Shown here one piece after another: positions 58,412-64,000 of a DNA stretch of 64,000 nucleotides. Every line of letters starts with the position of its first letter. The first letter of the stretch is position 1. The notes under the pieces are model-generated. The model worked only from the letters and a program-made list of their open reading frames with translations, made no database searches and was not told the DNA's origin. The position numbers were made by a program, and so were the translations under genes. This stretch comes from a virus, in the IMG/VR virus record IMGVR_UViG_3300009408_000003, positions 56,328-120,327 of that record. The stretch is one strand, 5' to 3'.

Positions 58412-58832
58412 TATTTAGTTCAACACGGATTTGCATAATTAATTGTCCAAGATGATTATGTCCTTTGTTAGTTTTAAGAGATACCCCCCAAAATGCATCA
58501 CCCCAATAATTACCTTCTTGTATATGTTCATCATGAGTATTCAGAAGTTTTGTTTTGCATGGTTCTTGATTAAACTTTTGTCTAATGTATTCTTCCATTA
58601 TTAGTAACTTTTTAATTTCCCAATTATTTATAAGTTGTATAGTTCTACCTGCTTTTTTAACTTGCGAAGCAGAGTTCATTCTATCAGCACAAAAGGCTTT
58701 CCAATTTATATCATCATTTTTTGCAGACATATAAGCATGTTCAACTGTTGGATAAACTATATTATTTAATTTTATTTTTACAAAAGCAAAGTTACTCAAC
58801 CATCTGTTGCCTTCTCGAAAATTACATATCAT
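58398..58832 (-). CDS. NADAR (YbiA-like) protein
   Basis: WLSNF..YPTVEHAYMSAK..GNYWGDAFWG..NHLGQLIMQIR. Confidence 0.9.
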   Translation of the reverse strand: MICNFREGNRWLSNFAFVKIKLNNIVYPTVEHAYMSAKNDDINWKAFCADRMNSASQVKKAGRTIQLINNWEIKKLLIMEEYIRQKFNQEPCKTKLLNTHDEHIQEGNYWGDAFWGVSLKTNKGHNHLGQLIMQIRVELNNENK

Positions 58833-58836
58833 ATTT

Positions 58837-59019
58837 TTATTTAAATTTTTTCTTTAATATTTGATTTGCTTCATCTGAATTTTTCGCTGAAAACGCACCG
58901 GATATTTCTTGTACAAAAGGACTGTTAATTGCTTCTGAAATATCTCCATTATCGAAGTATCTTTTAAGGTGTAATGAGCCATTTATATGCCTGTATCCCC
59001 ACCATAATAATTTTGTCAT
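58837..59019 (-). CDS. Hypothetical protein
   Basis: 60 aa; WWGYRHINGSLHLKRYF. Confidence 0.6.
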   Translation of the reverse strand: MTKLLWWGYRHINGSLHLKRYFDNGDISEAINSPFVQEISGAFSAKNSDEANQILKKKFK

Positions 59020-59248
59020 AATTTTTATTTATTTATTCTCTATATGTTTACAATTACAAGTAATTTACTAATATCATTTTTTTTAATTGGGCTTAGCTTT
59101 ATTGTTCGCACCAAACGGTTTCTTTTTTAAAGTATTTAATTGAGTTAATACTTCAATAATTTCAGTATCATCACCATAGGCCATTAAAGCTTCTTGTATT
59201 AGGTTTATTTGTTTTTTATTCATTTTATTTTTAAATTTAGTATTTAAT

Positions 59249-60412
59249 TTATCCTTTTAAAACAGCTAATGGTTTCAATTCTACAAATATTTCAACTAAG
59301 TCTTTTTGATTTTCCATTACAGTATCAATATCCTTATAAGCACTTGGTGCTTCATCTAGTTGTTGTTTAGTTTCAATGTTATGTATAATTCCACTCATTA
59401 ACTTTTGTTCTTTCTTTAAATCTAATTCTCTGATAGCTTGCTTTCTTCCCATCTTTCTTCCTGCTCCGTGAGAACACGATTTAAATGATTCATTGTTTCC
59501 TAAACCTTTTACAATATAAGATTTAGTGCCTTGTGATCCTGGAACTATTCCTAATTCATTTTTATAAGCTCTTGTAGCTCCTTTTCTATGTACTAAAACA
59601 TTTCTGTTAAAATGATTTTCCCATGCAACAAAGTTATGAGATTCATTTATGATATCGCATTCGAACGAAGTTTCCATAACGGTATTAAACGCTTCTTTCA
59701 TTTTATCAAGCATCAAGAATCTATTTTGTTTCGCAAACTCAACACAATAATTCATTTCTTTAAAGTAGTTATTAGCATAATCTGTATTTAATGGTAAGAA
59801 TGCTAATTCTAAATTTTTAGTTACACTAGAAAAATAAGTTTCATTTAATTTAATTGCAACATCGTTATAATACTTAGCTGTCTTATATCCTAGATTTCTC
59901 GAACCAGAATGTATCATTATCCATATATGACCATCAGAACCTTTTTGTATTTCAATGAAGTGGTTACCACCACCTAAAGTTCCTATTTGCACTTTGGCTT
60001 TATCATAATTTTGGTTAATTATTTCAAATTCATCATTTGGTCTTTCAGGCATAAACCCAGTATAACTTTGGTCTTTTTCGTGCCAGTTAAAACCGACAGG
60101 AATTAATTCTTTAGCCTTTTCTACTATTTTTTGTAATTCTTCTTTTGATATATCGGTTAAGTTGGTCTTAACAGCACACATCCCGCAACCTATATCTACC
60201 CCTACTGCGTTAGGAACAACAACTCCCTTAGTCGCTAAGACAGCTCCGATTGGCATTCCATACCCTTGATGCGAATCAGGCATAATAGAAATGTGTTTAA
60301 AAGCAAAAGGTAAGTTTGCTAGATTTTTAGCTTGTTCTAAAGCGCCATCTTCAATATCATCTAACCATAATTTGATTGGTAATTTTTCTGTTGTAACATA
60401 TTTTTTAGCCAT
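59249..60412 (-). CDS. rtcB: RtcB RNA 3'-phosphate ligase
   Basis: MPDSHQGYG, VGVDIGCG, GTLGGGNHF, IHSGSR, HRKGAT, SCSHGAGR, YKDI. Confidence 0.97.
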   Translation of the reverse strand: MAKKYVTTEKLPIKLWLDDIEDGALEQAKNLANLPFAFKHISIMPDSHQGYGMPIGAVLATKGVVVPNAVGVDIGCGMCAVKTNLTDISKEELQKIVEKAKELIPVGFNWHEKDQSYTGFMPERPNDEFEIINQNYDKAKVQIGTLGGGNHFIEIQKGSDGHIWIMIHSGSRNLGYKTAKYYNDVAIKLNETYFSSVTKNLELAFLPLNTDYANNYFKEMNYCVEFAKQNRFLMLDKMKEAFNTVMETSFECDIINESHNFVAWENHFNRNVLVHRKGATRAYKNELGIVPGSQGTKSYIVKGLGNNESFKSCSHGAGRKMGRKQAIRELDLKKEQKLMSGIIHNIETKQQLDEAPSAYKDIDTVMENQKDLVEIFVELKPLAVLKG

Positions 60413-60484
60413 CGCTTTTTATTTTTTATAATTTGTTAATATATTAAATTCTTATTTCTATTCCGCACTAATCTTAACCGCTTA

Positions 60485-60697
60485 TGTTACCCACTTTTAA
60501 AAACAATCACGGGTTAACATACTCTAGTAGTTGGTTTTTAAGGTTTTCAGCTTCTTCCATTACTTTTTCCTTACTCCACATTTCTAGTGTATCCCAACTA
60601 TGTGCAGTATCAAAACCAACTACCCAACCAAAATCCATAAAACTTTTTCTAGTTAACCAAGTGTTTTCATCTTAATTGTTTTTAAAAGTGGGTAACA
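60485..60697. repeat. 23-bp perfect inverted repeats flanking a 167-bp gene fragment
   Basis: TGTTACCCACTTTTAAAAACAAT (60485-60507) and its reverse complement (60675-60697). Confidence 0.85.
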
Positions 60698-60906
60698 ATA
60701 CATATAAAAAATATCTATTTAGTTACTCCACCAAGTTATTATTGTGTTTATTTAATTCAGTTATTAATCGTTAATTTTAGCATATTTCTGATATTATCGC
60801 AATATGTTTGAATGCGAATGATAAGTTTGCTAAATATTTAGCTTGTTGTACCGCGTCATCCTCACTTTGGTTTAACCATAATTTGATTGGTATTTTTTTT
60901 GTTAGG

Positions 60907-61290
60907 TTAATATTTTAATGCTGCTGAATAAATTAAGTTCCACACATCGATATGAAAATGAAATGCATTTAGTACAACAAAAAATAAAATGAGTACTGAT
61001 ATCACACTATTAATGAAAACAACATATTTATTATTATTTGGTACAAATCCAAGAAAAATTAATACTAAGAACGAAACCCAGTTAAAAGTAAAGAGGCCTA
61101 TAAATATCCATAGTAAATATAATAGTAATAAAAATGAGACAGTCTTTTGATTGTCTGAATATGCTTTGAGTGATTTTCCTCTTACATTTTTAAATCTCAT
61201 TAGAGCTGCATGCATATTATCTAAATTAAAGATAAATGAGAATTTCCATAAAATTGGTGCTATAGCAACCAAATAATATAAGTATTTCAT
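60907..61290 (-). CDS. Hypothetical membrane protein
   Basis: 127 aa, 3-4 TM. Confidence 0.7.
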   Translation of the reverse strand: MKYLYYLVAIAPILWKFSFIFNLDNMHAALMRFKNVRGKSLKAYSDNQKTVSFLLLLYLLWIFIGLFTFNWVSFLVLIFLGFVPNNNKYVVFINSVISVLILFFVVLNAFHFHIDVWNLIYSAALKY

Positions 61291-61538
61291 ATTGTTTTGT
61301 TTTTTAATTAATATTCAAATATACAAAATATATTTTACATATCCAAATAAAAAGTTTGTTTTATAATTAATCGGCCCTTGCGGCCACTATTACATAAGTA
61401 AGTGTTCTGTTATTCGGACTTTGCACTTCTCTGTTTGGGATTTCATTCCATACATTAGTAAACAATAATTGTTGCAAGACTTGTTACTTCTTTTAAAAAT
61501 GCTTAAATACCCCCCCCATATTATTAAATTTTTACTCA

Positions 61539-61799
61539 TTATGATTTTTTTAAAAAGTTAGGTAATTTATTATAGCATTCCTTTGGAGTAAGTTGTCGAC
61601 CTTTATTTTTATTTCTTAATATTAACGGATTATCTACTTGATAATTCATCATTTTAAGAAAATCGGTATACTCACGTTCAGTCAGTATTTGTTGCCCTTC
61701 TTTTCTAACATATTTATTGTAGAAGTAAACTGGTGAATTTTTACATTTTTGAAGTTCTTCTTTATCTGCAGAAGATAATTGCGTCTTGTGGTTTTTCAT
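61539..61799 (-). CDS. Hypothetical protein
   Basis: 86 aa; KCKNSPVYFYNKYV. Confidence 0.55.
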   Translation of the reverse strand: MKNHKTQLSSADKEELQKCKNSPVYFYNKYVRKEGQQILTEREYTDFLKMMNYQVDNPLILRNKNKGRQLTPKECYNKLPNFLKKS

Positions 61800-62371
61800 A
61801 TTTTTAATCTTTAATATTAATGCTATCTATAAACCTTTATAAAGGGGGCATCGTTCAACAAACGGCCGTTTAGACTATCAAATTGTTAAAAATATTTTGA
61901 TTTACTTTTTAACCAACTTCTAGTTTAGGGTGTTTTTTTAATTATACTATTTAAACTGTTCAGTAAGTTCTACCGGTAACTTAGTATGTACCATTAGTCA
62001 ATCACCTATATTTTTAAGTAATAATTCTTTTTGATTATTATGTAATTGGTCAATACTAGTTTGCAAATAATCTATATAGATTTCTAAATCTGCGATTAGT
62101 TGGGTTGTTGTATTATTGTTAATATAGTTTTTTCGATTAGGTCTTTTCATTTGATTTAGAATTTATGTTATTTACAAATCCTCGAAGTTACAGGCTGGGC
62201 AAGCATTAATAGTTGTCTCAGTATTGAATAACTTAACGTATATCTTTTATTGTCACAATAACTTGTAATCTTCACTAATATATTTTGTTCTTTTTAACCA
62301 ACTTTCATAATTTTAATTATTTAATATGGCTTGTTGTCTAATTCCGAATTCTCTTGTTAATCCATTATGTT

Positions 62372-62617
62372 TTATAAAACTGTAATGCTCACAAACTTTT
62401 GCCATTCTTTCTGCATTGAACTCTCTTCGTCTACCGGATTCATTCGCGAAACATTTGCCAATTCCTTTAAACTTTCAGTTTTATTGACAATATCATATTT
62501 TATTAATTCTCTGGCAGTACTTCCATCGATATCTTTTGTTCGCTCTAGAGCTGTAATTAACTTTCGTACATCTTTTTTATACTCAAATACGCGACTGCAT
62601 TCCTCTATTTTATTCAT
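62372..62617 (-). CDS. Hypothetical protein
   Basis: 81-aa ORF. Confidence 0.5.
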   Translation of the reverse strand: MNKIEECSRVFEYKKDVRKLITALERTKDIDGSTARELIKYDIVNKTESLKELANVSRMNPVDEESSMQKEWQKFVSITVL

Positions 62618-62684
62618 TTTATTATTATTATTATTTCCACATACTATATACTGAAAGGATGTAGTACTTGTATTGGGGGGGGGT

Positions 62685-62718
62685 GCATTGCGTACTTGCT
62701 CATGTGCAAATGCGTTCG
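62685..62718. repeat. 12-bp tandem repeat (GCAAATGCGTTC, ~2.7 copies) beside a G9 run
   Basis: Direct reading; coordinates approximate. Confidence 0.75.
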
Positions 62719-62912
62719 CAAATGCGTTCGCAAATGCGATTTTAATATACTATATTGTAATACTGTTACAACCACTATATGTTTTTCTATAGTTCCAAAA
62801 AGCTGCCTCGATATAAAAATCGATACTAGCCCTTTCAAAAAAAAAAGTTTTTCTGCTAGTTACAAGAAACCTCAAGGGCCATTCCGCACGGTGCAGGCCG
62901 CACTCCGGTATT

Positions 62913-62993
62913 TATTTCAGAAAACCGCCATTACTGCTTTTATTTCAGAAAACCGGAATTACTGCTTTTATTTCAGAAAACCGGAATTACTGC
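62913..62993. repeat. 28-bp tandem repeat x3
   Basis: TATTTCAGAAAACCG(GA/CC)ATTACTGCTTT starting 62913, 62941, 62969. Confidence 0.9.
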
Positions 62994-63261
62994 AATATTG
63001 CTAACCTTTCAAAAATACTGCTAATCAGTAAACCCTTTTACATTGTAAATATACAACAAAATGCTGAGAAGTCCTAATATATTTTAATGTTTTTTTGCAT
63101 GTGGGAGTGTGTTATATACTATATGCACTGTTTTGTTTTTGTGTACCGTTGTTTTTATGATTTGGGATTACGCAATATATAATCTTATATAGCATGACAG
63201 CTTGTCATAACAGTTATATTGTAGCGATTGCAATTGCTATAGATTTTATCTATATTGCAAA

Positions 63262-63399
63262 CATGACAAACTGTCACGCGCTCATGGTGTTATCGAGTGC
63301 TTCTGTCGATACTTTTTACCATGACAAACTGTCACGCGCACATGGTGTTATCGAGTGCTTCTGTCGATACTTTTTACCATGACAAACTGTCACGCGCAC
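63262..63399. repeat. 58-bp tandem repeat x2.4 containing TGACA-AAC-TGTCA
   Basis: Units start at 63262, 63320, 63378. Confidence 0.9.
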
Positions 63400-63743
63400 T
63401 GCTAGCCGTTATTGCACAAATTTGAAAAAGCCGCACAGCTAGCCACTAATACTGCTAGCAGTAAATCTTTTTACATTGTAAATATACAACAAAATGCTGA
63501 GAAACCCTAATTTATTTTAATGTTTTTTAGCGCGTAATTTATATGAAGTTATCTACTGATCTACTGTTGAAGCTTATACTAGGTAGTTATATATTACTAT
63601 ATAGTATGTGTACTGTTTTTATTTTGTGTACCGTGAATTTGTTGTGTGTATTATAAGTTTGTAATACCTTCATGAAGATGATACATACCAGTACGTACTA
63701 GATATTTGTTTATATTTAGTTTAAGCAAATTACTAATATTTTT

Positions 63744-64000
63744 TTAATTATTCAAACTCATTTTATGAATGTTTATTGCATATTCTAATGTTGCTTTAAT
63801 CATATTGAATTTATTAGTGCCTCTTTTTGTTTCAATTATTTCATCACTATCTAAAAACTTTTTCCATTCCTTAATCGTTCTTTGTTCACAACCATATTTA
63901 ATATGATTATCAGTTAAAGTTAATTTATAGATTAATTCAAGTGTTAGCACTTTTCTAGTACATATTGCTTCACCAGAAACCTTAGCTTCGCCATAAACCC
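63744..64000 (-). CDS. C-terminus of a hexapeptide-repeat (left-handed beta-helix) protein, 5' end beyond the right edge
   Basis: Frame open to the edge: VYGEAKVSGEAIC.. Confidence 0.65.
   Translation of the reverse strand, partial: VYGEAKVSGEAICTRKVLTLELIYKLTLTDNHIKYGCEQRTIKEWKKFLDSDEIIETKRGTNKFNMIKATLEYAINIHKMSLNN

Noticed and set aside
208-63382. All plus-strand ORFs in the track
   Set aside because: They are short, antisense to longer minus-strand genes or RNAs, low-complexity, and have no recognisable motifs.
62913-63399. 28-bp and 58-bp repeats as a CRISPR array
   Set aside because: The repeats are directly tandem with no unique spacers, and there are no cas genes.
1-64000. Genome-wide stop-codon reassignment
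   Set aside because: Long conserved genes are intact under code 11 and end in TAA, TAG or TGA; only isolated TGAs occur in decayed ORFs.

Overview
64-kb segment of a large, very AT-rich myovirus-like phage genome, with essentially all genes on the minus strand. About 20 promoters carry the Bacteroidota TAnnTTT(G/A) -7 box, pointing to a Bacteroidota (probably flavobacterial) host. 1-13.3 kb: baseplate/tail module, including a >1484-aa ORF missing from the ORF track because it runs off the left edge. 13-36 kb: auxiliary genes (sigma-like protein, lysozyme-like protein, peptide deformylase, helicase, Hsp20, HD proteins, nucleotidase, metallophosphoesterase, PhoH, Ro60/TROVE) and small ORFs separated by attC-like repeats. 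37-49 kb: RNA island with 32 tRNA/tRNA-like genes covering all 20 amino acids plus several non-tRNA RNAs. 49-64 kb: small early-type genes, thyA, DNA methyltransferase, NADAR, rtcB and a non-coding tandem-repeat region. Strongest unusual signals: (1) a circularly permuted two-piece tmRNA whose intervening segment holds a decayed HNH-like endonuclease; (2) a family of RNAs sharing a covarying terminal stem but carrying different tRNA-like cargo (one a complete permuted tRNA-Ser), just upstream of the Ro60 gene, as candidate Y RNAs; (3) PhoH split into two genes by an atypically split intein; (4) a ~1.1-kb GOLLD-like RNA with an embedded tRNA. All calls were made by eye without database searches. 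Several single-base indels suggest possible assembly error, so single-nucleotide oddities need read-level confirmation.
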